A stretch of 64,000 nt of DNA from Nageia nagi (lineage: Eukaryota > Plantae > Pinophyta), in assembly GCA_050084985.1 (NCBI GenBank), contig JBITNC010000001.1:124186001-124250000 (forward strand), read 5' to 3'. Within the stretch, counting starts at the first letter, position 1. Every line of letters begins with the position of its first letter. The notes under the pieces were generated by a model. That model was not told the origin of the DNA. It did no database searches and was given only the letters and a program-made list of their open reading frames with translations. Both the position numbers and the translations under genes were made by a program. Positions 1 to 14,693 of this stretch are shown one piece after another.

Positions 1-3000
1 ATAGGGTTTGATTTCATTTTTAGCAATTGGAATAATGAAGCTTGAATCCATTCTATAAATTATAAGAAAAACCCTTATATAGTTTTATCTATCTTATTAG
101 GGTTTGATTCATTAAATTCTAGATAAAATATTATTTGTATTTTCATCATATCTCCCTCATACAAATTTCATTTTGGTTGAAATTTGGAGGGTAGGTTGTA
201 GAGATAGTTGTACAAAACCTAGAATTTGTTTAGTAGAATATAGACATAAGAGAGAGAAACAATTCATTTGGATTTGATTATAAATCTTCTCTGATTAAAT
301 TTTAGAAAAAGTGTCAATAGTATTTTCAATAAATTTTCTTCATATAATGTCCAATTTTGCTAAACTTTTGAGGTTACTTTTTGGAAGGCTAGATTCTCAA
401 AACCCAGAAAATGTTTAGCAAAATAGGAATAAAAGAATTAGAACAAATCATTTTAATGTGACCCTTTATATCTATACTACAATCTTTGATCCTTGAAATT
501 ATTTAAATTTCATTATATGGAGTTGTTAGGTTTAATCAATTAGATTAAAACATAGAGGAAATTTTGAATAAGTATTAGAAAGGATTATGGAATAAAACTT
601 AATTATTTTTGAGGCATAATCCTAGGATATGAATAACACTAAAAGATATATAGGAAGTAAGATATACATGAAGTCTTGGGGTTTTGTGTTGTAAGAAATT
701 ATTGTAAAAATGTAATCAAAATAAATTTCATATGAATATTATTATTATCATTAAAAATTAATAATAAATCATTAAACATGTGAGTTCAAGGGATAAACTA
801 GATGCTTTCTTGAATTGAATCTAGATTTTAATGATGGGAGCTAAAATCTAGGATATTTAGAATAAATAAGATCTAGAACATGTGTATCATCCTAGGGGTA
901 TGTGTATGAATAACTCTTAGGTGGTAAATGATGTATGAAACTATTTGGGAAAATAATTTTAATCATTTTATATGTTTTGATATTTATTATGGGAACTAAG
1001 GTTCAATGTGTGAATTAAACCTAGTTGTGATTAATTGAAAACTCATCTTATTTGAGAATTAAGATGTAAGTATAGTTATTGAATGTGAAAGGATATTTTC
1101 TAAGGTGTTAGGGAATAGTAAGGAAGAGAACTAATAAGCCTAGGAAGGCATGAATTAAAATTGAATTCTTTTCATAGGATGAAATCTAGAGTTGGGTATG
1201 TAGAATCTTAATTCTAGGATTTTTTATGCACATAAATAGAATTGTTCCTTAAGTAAAGGATAAATGAATTATTTATGTGTATGGTATGTTTTAAGATAAA
1301 TACTTCGTATGCCTTGAGAAAAGATTTATATGGATTGCATGAATTCTAAAGTTACTAGAAAATGCAAATGCTATAAATATAAAAATGTGAGAAATTCATG
1401 TGATGTTTTTGTTTACTTATATTATGTATGAAAGGGATTGAATACACATTAATTTGAAATTGCATTCCTATCCTAGATTAATATTCCAAAATATAGTTGT
1501 GTAAACTAGAAGATGCTAGTTGAAAATCCTATGTATGTGGAAAATACTAAAGAAAATTTCATGCAATGGAATTATGTATTCTTTTCCCTTGTTTGACCTA
1601 GATGGTAAAATGTGTCTAGAAATTGCTTTTCCTTTGTGTGTCTGAACATATTTTCAATTTTATGCATAAGTAGAATTCATTAGGAAAAAGTCTTTCTAAT
1701 TTGATCATACCCATGAGCTACCATGTCAAAAGATGGTTCATCTTTGAGAAGATGGCAAGTTAATTAATGATTGCAAGACAAATTTGAGATGGAATAAAAA
1801 ATGAAATATTAAGTCTTAAGTTGAAGATAATGTTATAACTTTGTAATGAGATATAATGTTAGTCACAAAAAATTGATGAAATAATGTTCATGTTGAGATG
1901 AAAGAATACAATATGATGGATTTATATCTTGATATGGTGTTTTGTTCATGAATAATGGTTTTATCAATTTAAATCAAATTTCTATGAGATACATAAGAAT
2001 GGTTATATTATTATTGATTAATTATTTCTACATGATGATAAAATATGGTAAATTATAAAATAGTTTCATTACTAAATTAAGTAGCTATATGAAGATATAA
2101 GTTGATATCTAAAAGAATGTTATTCAATAGGATGTAATGGATGTGATGCTGAAAATTATTTTAATTTACTTATTCATATTCATGGGAATGTAACTTCAGT
2201 AGGAATAAAAGTATGTCATTGAGAAATGAATATAAATTTATGGTTAAAATATTCAATTTATTTTGATATCCTAACCAACCAAAGTTATTAAGTTAGGATA
2301 AAGTGAAACAATGAAACTAGGTATTAGGTTAAGAAGATTCACTTAGTAAGTAATTATGGAAAATGGTATTGAACCGTAAATAAACCCTAACTAAGACTTG
2401 AGAACACCAAGTTGAAATTAAGGAATTATTAAGTAGGATAATTCAAGATTATATCAAAGAGATCAAAGATTTATAGAATAGGATAATTCAAGGAGATCTC
2501 AATAGAACAAGGAATTATTGAATAAGGATAATTTAAGGAGTTCTATGCACACATGAATTCAAGATGAGAATAAGGATTATTGATAAGGATAATTGAAGAA
2601 TTCTCAATATTGGTCATGAAAGACCATGAAGTACTTAAATTGCTAAACTTGATGATGGCAATGGTGTAGGTAGGTTAAGATACCATCAACAAGAAAGAAT
2701 GGTTCAAGATGGGTTAAAAAGGTGATAAGGCTATTTTATCCTAAGATTAACATTCTAGAAAATCCATTTAAGATATTTAGCAAAAAGGTTAAATATTAAG
2801 AGATAAATGGTGTTATGATTTAATGATAAGAACATGAATCAAGAATGATGATACTTGAAACCATTATGTGATCTCAATCTTACTATTTGCAAGTAGCTTC
2901 TAAACTTTGATTATTGAATTTCCATGTGTATTTGAATATTGGTTATAAAAAATTATGCTTATTTCATATGTGTTTATTGGGATTGGATTTAAGTTTAGAG

Positions 3001-3034
3001 TCAAATTTTAAGGTGTAAAAATTGGATCTTAACA
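1..3034 (+). mobile_element. Long AT-rich LTR-like remnant (3' portion), probably Ty3/Gypsy
   Basis: Non-coding, with internal sub-repeats. Ends ...AAGGTGTAAAAATTGGATCTTAACA (CA terminus resembling Gypsy LTR ends). No partner LTR seen in the window. Confidence 0.35.
2420..2600 (+). repeat. Degenerate tandem sub-repeats (GGAATTATT..ATAGGATAATTCAAG, about 4 copies)
   Basis: Motif recurs near 2422, 2465, 2511 and 2574. Confidence 0.6.
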
Positions 3035-5294
3035 GATAAATGTTGTTCCATTTTATTATGGAAGTTTACTCCAATTTGATGGATGTTTGATTCATGTTGA
3101 TAAATCTTCTTTTTGATATACATTTATGTGCCAATTTGTTTATTCCTTAATTGATGGATATATATGTATATTTTATTTTTCATGAATTTCAATCCAAGTT
3201 ATTGGATATTTTTATGCAACTTATTATTCTATATTGATATATATTATAATATTCCATATTGATGAATGTTCCATGTTTATGGATAAATGAATATAGCAAT
3301 TATGTTTCATGATTATTTTATAAATATTGACTTTATTACAAATTATTTATTTTGTAGATCCATGTTGATGCATTGAGTCTCCTCTAGCCACAAATCTTGA
3401 AGGATCATTGTATAATATTGAATTCATTGCCAAATCTCTCTCTCTCTCTATTGTAAAATGGTTCTTGGAAACCATATTGTTGTAATATTTATATTCATTG
3501 TAAAACATAACACCAAAATAATAATAAGAGTAAGTGTTGGAAATTATAATCCTATTTTGAGATTATTTTCATGTAAATTGGCTATCTATAAAGGTGAATA
3601 AATGATGTATTAAGTAGTTAACTAATATAGGTTAATATTGCACTACTATGGTATTAATACTATATTGTACTAAGTATAATTTATATCTAGTATAATATAA
3701 AGTATATAGTAAATAATATGTCAACATTTATTTATTATATACTATATTTAGCTAGACTCAACTTATATTGTAGTCAAATGTGACTAAACATGATAAAATG
3801 ATGTGGTGGCAACTGGAGAGGATTTAGAACCATGATTTTGCATGTGGAAAATATGTAGGTATTCATTGAGGGATATTTGTTCCATGATGTCACATAGTGG
3901 AGAGTTAAAGGATATGTGTCCTTATTACTTATACTTAACACCAAGACTACAACAACCATATTTTCTCTTATATATAGGATAGCTATGGGTGGTCCTAGGC
4001 TAACACCAAATGTAAGATTATAATACTTGATATTGGTTTTATTGTTCTTATACACTCTTAAAGTATTGGATGTTATTGCACTCTTGAGGAAGGTTGGATT
4101 AATAGAAAAGAGGAGAGAGGATCTTTGGCAAAGTTGACTAGACCAAGAAATTGAGTTAACCACTATATATCTTATTTTATGTGGTATAGATTCTTGTGAT
4201 TTACTTGTGAATTTTTAAAATTTATCTCTATATGCTCATGGTGGTTGTTATAACTGAAATAATAATTATCACTATTATTTATAAAATAACTAAATTCTCC
4301 ATGAAAAGCATGATATCGCTAACATGAGAGATGAAAAAATATTAACTTGACCTTTACCTATCAAAATTGGATTAACAAAATATGCAAACTTGTTCTTTAC
4401 CTATGATAATGAATGAAGGTGAGCTCCAATTGAGAAAGGATGAACAATGAGCTTCTCTAAAATACGAAGCCACCAATCTGATCTCAACCCAATGATAGTG
4501 CTAAAAACCCAACAATAGCACTTGGATACCTTTCCATAATACCTCACCTTAAAGCTCAATGTCATCATCCTACCTTCAATGTACCAAATCTTAATCATAA
4601 AGGAATGAAAGATCACACAAATGCAAAGCTCAGAGTATAACAAAATCTAGAGATGATAAGTGGTGTTTAGAAATGCCAATCAAGATTGACATATGTATAT
4701 TTCCACTTAATAAGGATTTAGGATTATGTCATTTCATGTCCTATATTTGATCATTCACAACCCTCCACCTTTATAAGTAATAAGTCTAGTGCTAAGGCTC
4801 CTCCTTAGACTTATTTTGATGTCGAGATGACCTATTACCACAAAACATAAAGGTAGATGAGCATGCACATGGAAAAGATCATTTATTAAATAAATTATTT
4901 CAAATATCTAAAAAGGTATATTAATTAAATCAAAATTCCTTTTTAGGTGCTAACAAATACCCCATTTTGAGTATGTTTTGATGCTATTGAGACAAAAAAA
5001 ATCAAAACATGAATTCAAAATATAATAAGATAAGCAAGAAAATACTCCTTAAAAAATTATGACATGGTGGAAGCTTTAAATGCCCCAAATTTGTCTTATG
5101 TTATACCCCTCTTTGACTTGGTTGTGATATGATGGACCTCTCATCATAGGAGAAATCCAAGCCAAAGAAAAAGGTACCTAAAAAGAGCTTAAACAAGAAA
5201 TGTTTTGTGCAATGTATATATAGTTAAATATGATAATTTATAAGAAAGAAAACCAATCCTTGGTGATTTACCCACCAATATGAATATGATAAGC

Positions 5295-5600
5295 AATTTA
5301 GATTGATAAAATTGGTTTTCCAAGACACCATGTTGCCAAGGATTTTGATATGAATGGCCCTTCCTTATAAAGGTACCAAATGATAAGAATGACCCCTCCT
5401 TATAAAGGCATCAAATAATAAGATTGATCAACTTGGTTCCCCAAGCCACCATGTTTCCATGAATTTATTAATAAGAGTGCCCCTTACTTACAAAGGAGAC
5501 TAATGATATGAGTGACCAACTTGGTTTCCCAAGCCACCATGTTTCCATGGATTTGCTGATAAGAGTGCTCCTTCCTTACAAAGGAGGCCATTGATGAGCA
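5295..5600 (+). repeat. About 88-bp tandem repeat, about 3 copies
   Basis: CTTGGTTYCCCAAGCCACCATGTTTCCATG at about 5432 and 5520 (period 88), with a diverged copy at about 5311. Confidence 0.85.
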
Positions 5601-7170
5601 ATATAATATGAAACAATTTTCATCATATGATAAGAATTTAGTAAGAGAAGCATCAATGATAAATAAAAATTTGATAAGTATACATTTTAAAAATCATTAT
5701 TTTGATAAGAAATTATTAAGCAAAATATGTTAAGCATCATAAGCAAGATGTATGTCAACCAATATACAATATTTTATTATAACATGTATAGATAAGTAAT
5801 GATTTTTATTGGTAAGCAAATTTTACAACTAGACATGCAATTAAGCATTTTATAAGTAATTTTTTATTGATACATCAATAATATGAAATGTGTGAACAAT
5901 AAATGCTAATAAGCATAATAATGAAATGCATTTCTAAGATGAAAACTAAAACAACATTTTGAATCACACTCACAATTTTTAAAAGATATTTTTTTTAAAT
6001 TTAATCATACAAACAAAGTATAAAAAAGAAAACACATTTCAAATTATCATGGTAACTAAGCAATAGTGCTAGAAATAGGGCATCATCATTGGCTTAAGGA
6101 GATAAATTTCAAAAAAGGAAAAGTGTGGTAGGTATGTGCCACATGCATGAAGGAAAAAAGAGCAACCAATTTGAAGTACACAATAGGTAAAATAAAATTT
6201 TATGATCATTAGATTACAACTTTGACCAATTTTCCCCAAAGGGAGTTTTAACAATTTATACTTTATTGTAAAAAATGATAAATAAATTTATTACATACAT
6301 GGAAAGAGTAGAAGGTACATATAAAATTTGACAATGAAAGTGGAAATGAACCCATTGACAGTCCTAGTAGTGTGCAAGGGTGTCATGCAAAAAAACTCGT
6401 ATGAGTAAGTGGATGGTTAATGATAAAACTAGGTTTTGTTTATGTAGATCGATAAGAAATAGTAGTCAATTTGAAAAAGGGGTTTCCAATTTGGTTTTAA
6501 ATAGGTAGATTTGGGTTTCATTTATGCATTTATAATATGGTGATTTGAACTCTAATCCAAAAGGTGCGAGGTATCCTATTAGGCCTATGGAGGGATTACA
6601 GTGTGATAGAGGATTTAATAATACATTTGTGAGTGATATGGCTCATCACATAACCTCTCAATAGGACCACAAGTATTGGTTTTTCATTCTTCATCTGAAG
6701 GACATTAGGTACCAAAATTCTCTCATATTCTTTATTTATATAATATTTAGAAGGTTTTTGATGGTTTACATTTTTTATTTAGGATTTTTTTTTATCAAAT
6801 TTGGAAAATTTTTGAAAAATGGAGGGTAAAAACATAGTACTAGGTTTTAACATTCATGGAGGTAAATGAAAGAGGATTTTATCATATAATATGGGTTAAG
6901 GCTAATGGGTATCAAAAATTTTCTAAACATGGGGGCTAAAATTTGGTGGTGCCACTAGGTTTCAAGTGTCTTTTTTGGAATAAAATTTGCATGAAAACAT
7001 TAAAACAACACTTGTACAGGCTTGATGGACATGCATACACTCATAATTTATAAAAAACATAGCATAAAAAATGAAAAATAACATGAAAAGCATACATTTT
7101 AAATTTTTAATTGTTAATTATTTTTATTTTTACCATATTCCATGTTACTGATACACTTCCTTTTAACCTA

Positions 7171-8471
7171 GATACCAGATCAAGCTTACCTGATGTGATG
7201 CAAGCCATGAAGGCCATCCATGGAGGTAGTTATAGACTTTATGTTGATGCATGTGATATTTACCACTTAAAGGGGATCATGCAAAAGTATTTATTGAAAA
7301 CCCTTATGGACCATTGGTGTGATGATAATAATAAGTTCCACCTACCCATGGGTAAGATGACCATCACCTAACTAACATCCATCAGATTCTATGGGTACCC
7401 ATGATGGGTACATTGATATAGAGGATGAAACTAAACACGGTTAAGATTAAGGATCAATATTATTAATTGATGAGGGTTAGATACTACCAATAGTAGAAGA
7501 AGGATGAACCCCTTCATGATATGGTTTACATGTCCTTAGATAAGCTAGACTACACTAGCCAGTTCATTATATAGGTAGCAATTATTATTAACATGATCTT
7601 ATGTAGCAATAATAATCATGAGTACTTCCATATAGGGATCATTTTGATTATACAAGGGATATGCCTTTATGGGGAGAGATATGCATGCACACCATGTATT
7701 TTGATCATGTTATATAGGGATCTTTATAGCTTTATGTATATGAAGAAGGGAAATAAGATCATGTCCCATTCATTTATCCTTTAAGCTTGGGCATACAAGA
7801 ATATCTATTTGGATCATAGCTATCTTCCTATAGTGACACTATCAAAAATGCCCAATTGGTTTATATGGTAGAAAGTAAAGTGGGTGGAGGTGACTCAAGG
7901 TGTCAAGCAATATCGAAGGTTTTTAGACCTTCTAGATGATGTATACTTGGTATAGGACCCCTATTTTGATTTACTAGTATTTGAGGAGCTGGATGATGAG
8001 ATATAATGGAGCATGATTCCATGCCATATTTATGGTCATAGAATGGTGATCGATTTCTACCATCTATACCCAATGCTAACATAATTCAACATGACTCAAA
8101 ATGTACTGGTGTTGAGGGTGTGGCCAATTATGTTTAGGTATTATCGCTATTAGATAATTCCACCAAGGTTCATGGCCTTACTAGCATGGAGTGTAGAGTG
8201 GCTCATATTAGAGGAAAATACCCCTAGGTTACCCACATTATTTCTTCAACATACTCCTCAGTACATGCGATGGTGGGATATAGTGAGCCTTGTTCCATTA
8301 GGCCTTGAGGATGTAGAGGAGGGAGATGAGGAGGAGGCAGGGGAGGAGGAGGGGAATGAGAAGGAGACAAAGATGGAGGGTGAGGAGCCCATGGATATAG
8401 GTGATGTGCCACCTCCTATCCAACCAATAAATCTATATGCACCATCCTTGTCACAAGATGTAGCTTTGTAG
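7171..8471 (+). pseudogene. Plant mobile domain (PMD, aminotransferase-like / MAIN-like) pseudogene
   Basis: LLKTLMDHWCDDNNKFHLPMGKMTIT*.DIHQILWVPMMG matches the PMD motif LITALVERWRPETHTFHLPxGEMTITLxDV..LGLP..G. Also YACTPCILIMLYRDL, L*AWAY and TPQYMRWW, then an acidic tail. Multiple stops and frameshifts. Confidence 0.8.
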
Positions 8472-8639
8472 ATGGATACTTCAAGTATATTTGGAATTTA
8501 GTTATTTGGTTTATGAATGTAGTTTAAGGATAAAAATTAACAAGTTTTTATGACATAGGGTTGGATACTTTGATATCAGTACTATAAGCATAAGTGGCAA
8601 GCCTATAGCTATAACTAAAGGCTCAAGATGACCATATCA

Positions 8640-10440
8640 ATATCCTATTACCAACTATTTAGGTATTTTGAGTTAATATTGTTCCTATTTTGTTTTCACT
8701 CTATTGAAAAATCTACTCCATCAACTAATGGTCATATAACCCTCATTAGGTTATATTTTAAATATCACTTAAGATCTATCTAAGACACTTCCCATGTATA
8801 ATTCTCTTATTTTGATGGTTATACCACCAACATAAATTCTAGCATGCAAAGATACATTTAGGTATATTTCTAATCTTATAAATTGAGAATTATATTCATG
8901 GTAAGACTATCAAGATATCATCTCTATAGGATTGTGCATATCTCTCTCAAATTTTTCAATTTTTATCAATACTGCCTATTAGGATTAGAAGTTTTTATAC
9001 TCAAGAGCTATCTTCCACTCGTTTACAATACACATCAAGGCTTGGTTCATTGATCACTACATCTAAAATTAGTTCACTCAAACCCCATAAGATTCCCAAT
9101 GCTAGTGCTAGGTTGTATTACTACTCAACACTAATGCTACAGAGATAGATACTTCAAAAACTTTCATCCATATTCCTAGTTATCCATACATATCAATTAT
9201 CAAATAAATTCTAAATAGCTACTTAATGATTGTGTAGGTACATGCATAGGTATTTATCATTCCTCTTTAATAGGTTTTTCAAGTTATTTAATTCAATCTT
9301 ATTATTATAGTCTTATTTATCACCATTACTTTACTTCTTTATTTACAATAGTTAATAAGTAATAATAGGCAATTCAGTTAATTATCTCATTAATTTAAAG
9401 AAGATATATTTGCATCATGCTTTACCATAATTTAGGGTTGCATTTATCTACACAAGTCTTTAATAAGCTTAGAAAAATGGGTTGTTAAGGTGTTGCTATG
9501 ATCAAGAAATCATATTTGTGATGTTAGATATCCTTTTGGAAGCTAAAATAAGTTTATATTGATATTTTTTGGTACTTTATCCTTGTGTATACTTGTTTAT
9601 ATTTTATTTTGTGTACTATATTTTATGATAATAATTGTTGGATAAAACTCTGTAATTACATACCTATTTCATTTTAAGGGTTATAAATTTTCATCTAGAC
9701 ATCCATTTTTGGTGTTTCTTTGTTTAGGATAGTCTTTTTGGTACCATTCTAATTTTGTATGGAAATTACAAGCATAATTAATGATTTTACTTAATGCACT
9801 TACCCAATCATTCTCAATAGTAGTATGTGAATACCTTTAACTTTACCTAAGATACACCATACTTATCTTTCTTCATTTTTTATGGGTATTATATTATTCA
9901 AAATATATGTTCTTCACCTTTATAACCATATTTAAAAATATATCATTTTAACATAAGTTTTCACTTTTCTAACTTTTTATTTTGGCACTAAAAGTTCAGT
10001 CCCTAAAAGTCTTAGTTTGATGATATAATGAATACATTTCACATTGCCTAGAATCCCTAATTTTTTACAAATCTATTTAAGTTGATTCCTTTTCCTTTGA
10101 AAAGTAAGATCTGAACCATTTCTAATGGTATAAAATATGATATACTCTATCATAATGCATTATTAGGAAAATCATCACTCTTTGTTAACCAAATTCATTA
10201 CATGACTATCTTGATAACTTCATTGCAATTCAACGATATCAAAGTTTTAAAAAAAATATTAGATTTCCACTAATCAAATTAAGGCATACAAGTACTTAAT
10301 AGAAATTTATCTTCAATATATTTTCAATGATATATAACACTTCATACTTTGATTAAGTTAATTTTAATAAATTCTACATCAACCTATCATTTAGAAGCTT
10401 ATACATGGAGTCCATATAATAGTTTTCCTTTGGCTATTAT
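8640..10440 (-). pseudogene. Highly decayed Gypsy RNaseH-integrase remnants
   Basis: Weak motif residues only (LLNDRL..SKYEVLY; INSKYL). Confidence 0.3.
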
Positions 10441-12344
10441 TCATACAACCTATAGATGTTGTAGATGAAAAATAATGATATTGTAATAAACAAAGCACTA
10501 TTTCTCTACAATATACTTGCTAAAGTATAAATGAAGATATGTATGTAGCTGCAATATGATCATATACTTCTTTTTTTCATGTATAAAGATTCTGATCATA
10601 AATAGGTTCATCACTTAGATTTTATGATTCATGATTCCAAAATCATAACGTGGACGCTATGAAATAAATCTTTGCATTTGGCTCATACCATGAAAATGAA
10701 AGATTAGATGCTGAAATTAAATAATGTGAAGCAAAACAAAGAGTGGATAACGGATACTCAGATAGGTGGTGTTACAAAATATCATTATTGTTCAGATGAT
10801 GTGATGTTCATATATCAGCCTATCTAATATCTAACTATCTAATAATGTATCCTTTACTTTTGATCTTCTTTTATAGCAACATTTTGATCCTTTTTTTTCT
10901 TTGCAATTTTTATGTATTACATAGCTTATGGTGTATTTCTTGATATTTTACACTATTTACATCATTTAGTGATCCTTTTACATTAATTACATCACATAGG
11001 TGTATTTTAATCCTTTTTTACAATAATATCCATTGATGCCATAAAAAAAAGTATTATTTAATAAATAAAAATTCATTTCTAGGCATCTACAAATGTGATG
11101 ACCCTCTCTTAAGCATTCTTTTACATTTAATTAATATTTATGATAAGTATATTATACTTGGAATATATTTGTGAGATAATTAATTATTATGCATGTTTAG
11201 TAATGTTTATTACATATTATTTTGTGAATTTGATACTGCTTGTAATGTTCCATTTTACAAGAATTAGTACTCAAGGAGGTGGGTTATTAGATTGGATGTA
11301 ATGGGAGATAATGATGATGCCTCAACCCACAAGGGAAGTACAAATGCACTTAGAAATCTTTTGTTGTGTTTGAATGGTTTAGAGCTAGGAGGTTATCTTG
11401 GTGGTAAAAGAGATCTATATGTTTCACTTGTGCTTCATTATGCTATTTGTGACTATTTTATGACTTAAATTTTGAAGGTTTTTATGATATTTTGGATGAA
11501 CATGTAAAATAAAACATAATATAAACGCAAGTGCAAATAATTAAAAAATAATAATCTAAATAATAAGAAATACAAATTAATGGTATTTATAATTTATAGC
11601 ATAAACATTATTTAATACTATTAAACTAATAATGAAAATACAATGAAGCTAATAAAACATTAGTTTTGTTTCAAAGGAGGAATATTACATTATTTGGAAA
11701 GTTGCTTCATAGGGTTTTTGTATGGTAGTTTTGAATCTCTCACCCTGTATTTTTTGTAACCTCCATTGTTCTCCTTTATATGCAAGCTTGGATCCATGGT
11801 TTGGGTTTATTTTTGTTGGCTCTTAGATTTTCGATTGCTTAGGTTGTTGTGTGGAGTTGGAGAAGTTATTACAAGGGATTTTTTACAAATTTTCCAGATT
11901 CTTTCTTTTATAATTATGAATCTCTATTATTATTTATTGTAGTCAATAAGAAAGTATAATTTAATATATTATATTAAAACTATTAGAGGGATTTGTTTTA
12001 TTCATTTATGCAAATAAAAAAATATGAATTTTAGAATGAATGGATTACTATATTTTCAATTTGTGAATTAAAATACAAATTTTGAAAAAAAACTATTTTT
12101 GAGAAAAAAAAATTGAGCTGTAGAACCTTGAAATTATTGAATTAGAAATTTGTGGTATTATTTATTGTTTTATAGACTTGTACATTGCAAAAACCCAAAA
12201 CCCTTGTATTTTTAGGTTATGTTACAGAACGTTAAATATATTATTTTAGAAAAATTGTTTTATTAAAAAAAAACAAAATAAAAATATTATTAAATAAAAT
12301 AAAATATTATACTTATTTTATTTATTAATTTTATTATTTATTAA

Positions 12345-12515
12345 AAAAGGGCAAAGGTTGGATCCGATCCTGCACTAGGCAGGACGCCCCATGCTTAGTG
12401 TATAAGGGGTGAGGTGGCCCTAGCGCCGGTGCGCAAGCCAGCAACCAGCAACACCTAGGCCCTTGGGGTCCACCTAAACCAAGGGCATGACCTCGTAACT
12501 CGACATCGGCCCCGT
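12345..12515. other. Short GC/CpG-rich island between very AT-rich low-complexity flanks; possibly a DNA-transposon subterminal region
   Basis: Abrupt GC-rich tract (GGCCCTAGCGCCGGTGCGCAAGCC) flanked by poly-A/T and (AT)n. Confidence 0.3.
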
Positions 12516-14685
12516 AAAAGAAATAGTATAAATTTAAATATATATAATAATATATATTATATTATATATTAAATATTTTTTTTTTTGGTTTATATATATA
12601 GTTGTTAAATTTGAATGTATTTAATTTAGAAATTAAATAAGTAATGAAGATATTATTTTAAATTTTTACATTAAATAATATTTTATTAATTTAAATACCT
12701 GTAAATAAGTAATAACGATATTATTTTAATTTTTGAATTAAATGATGTTTTGTTAAATTACTTAGCAAATTAAATTGAAAATGGGTATAATTTATTTAGT
12801 TGGTTATTTTATATGCTAATTTGTGTATTTGAATTGGAAAATATTTAAGGAGGTTTTAGTTTCTCAAATGGAGTTTTAAATATTTTCATATACTTCTTGT
12901 ATAATGCATATTAAAGATGGAAATGATCATGAAAATGCTTTTGGCATTCATAAAAGTGTTATGTGATCCATAAATTTACATCCATGAAAGTGACTCAACA
13001 TTATGAAAGATGAAAGATGTTGGAAGACTACTTCACGTTGGTAATCTACAACTTATTGCAACCAACAAAAATGGTATTTATGTAATGATTATGAAGAATT
13101 GAAATATTGCATTATTGAGCAAAATAAAAGTTGTAAAATCAATAGTATTTGTACAAGTTTACATAAGCAAGATGATGAACATGAATTGTTATGCTTGCAT
13201 TATTTATATTTATTTATTCTTGAATATCTCTATAGTTAGAAGATATGAATGGAATATATAGATTATTTAAGTAGATTAAAAATTGAATGTCTATTGTTTA
13301 TCAAACTAAACCTTTATTTAGAAAATAAGTTTAAAGCATGAAGAATGGAAAGGTAAATCCATTTAAGTCATTTATTTGATTCAAGCATGAGATAATTAGC
13401 TATTGAATTATTTATGTTCATGTAGCTAATGAAAAGATATAAAAAAGGATTTTATTTGAGTTGATATATTCATAAATAGTGATATGAATGATTAAGTCTA
13501 GATAACTTAATTAGAAATCATAAACTCAGAAAAACATTATGTTGAAGAAAACTAATAATAAGATTAGAAACCAAAACATGTACTTAAGAAATGATAAGGC
13601 TCCATTTAGAAGTTTCAGATTTGAAATCCTAAATAATCCTATAATATGATGTACATGATGTCGATAATATTTTGATAATAGTGCAAGATGAAAATTAGAA
13701 ACTTAGAAAAAAAAATATTAAACTCGAGTGTATATAAAATGAAACAAGTATAATTTATACCTATGTTAAATTAAACTATAAACACCTCCCAAAAGAATAA
13801 CATGTGGTATTTTGGATCAAAGGTGGTATTCCACGAGAGTTATGGATGAGGTGGTTACCATGAGTTTAGTGATCTTTTATGGTAATTACAAGTAGGTAAG
13901 AGTACTATAATGACCTACCCGATCATTCATACTTGAGACCTTGATGATCTTAGGCAAACTTTGACTTTAATTTTTGATCATATATTCTATAAAATGGATT
14001 ATGAATGGTTTTATGCATCATTTGTGTTGATTTGATGTTGGCTTCGAGGTTATTGTGATACAGGTAATAGGTGGACCATCGTGGTTGTCAAGATGAAGAA
14101 CTTAGGGAACCAAAAATGAGTTGGTTACGAGAACAGATTGGTAAGAGTGAGAAAATGATTGCATTGAGTTATTGATAGCCATAAGGAATCTCCTAGATCA
14201 TGCAAATGCATATCACCATTATTGTGCATTATTTTTTATGGCTTGCATGATGAATGGTCATCCCGAGTAAATATGAGTTTTTCTTTTTTAAATTACTTAA
14301 TTATTTTCAAATGATGGAAAGAATATTCCAATGGTTTGAATTTGAAGTTTTCACCAAAAAAATTTAATAGACTTGGGTGAAAATAAAATTGTGTTAAAAG
14401 GATTATTTATTTTTTTTTCAGTTATAAGGTTATTTCAGAATTTTGTGAAAATAATTGACAAAAGCACCCTACACAATTTGTTTCCTTGTGTTAGGTGTGT
14501 GAAATTATTAAGAATATTTTATAGTCTAATATGAAGTGTCCAAAGTATTTTAGGAGGATATAACATTTACAATTAAAATTATTGACACTTACCACAAAAA
14601 AAATAAAATGTCTACACCTTCCAAATAAAATAAATGACTTGAACAAATAGTCCCATTTTTGAAATGACTATATTAAAAATTTGAC

Positions 14686-14693
14686 TATAAATA
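14686..14693 (+). promoter_or_regulatory. Candidate TATA box (CTATAAATA) of a putative non-coding transcript
   Basis: GACTATAAATACCTT is identical in both duplicates (copy 2 at 22854). It is followed by a GT..AG candidate intron at 14914-15055. Confidence 0.4.

Larger units (their letters stand above)
4290..10450 (-). mobile_element. Degenerate Tat/Ogre-like Ty3/Gypsy retrotransposon, 3' half (pol remnants, antisense extra ORF, tandem array, PPT, start of 3' LTR)
   Basis: Minus strand reads CTCAAAATGGGGTATT then TGTTAGCACCTAAAA (PPT-like tract followed by an LTR start at 4955). Integrase C-terminal-like 'INSKYL' near 8660. Antisense PMD ORF and tandem repeats lie between pol and LTR, as in Tat-lineage elements. 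Left boundary is a guess. Confidence 0.45.

Noticed and set aside
3774-4163. 129-aa minus-strand ORF
   Set aside because: No recognisable homology; composition typical of a chance ORF in decayed TE sequence
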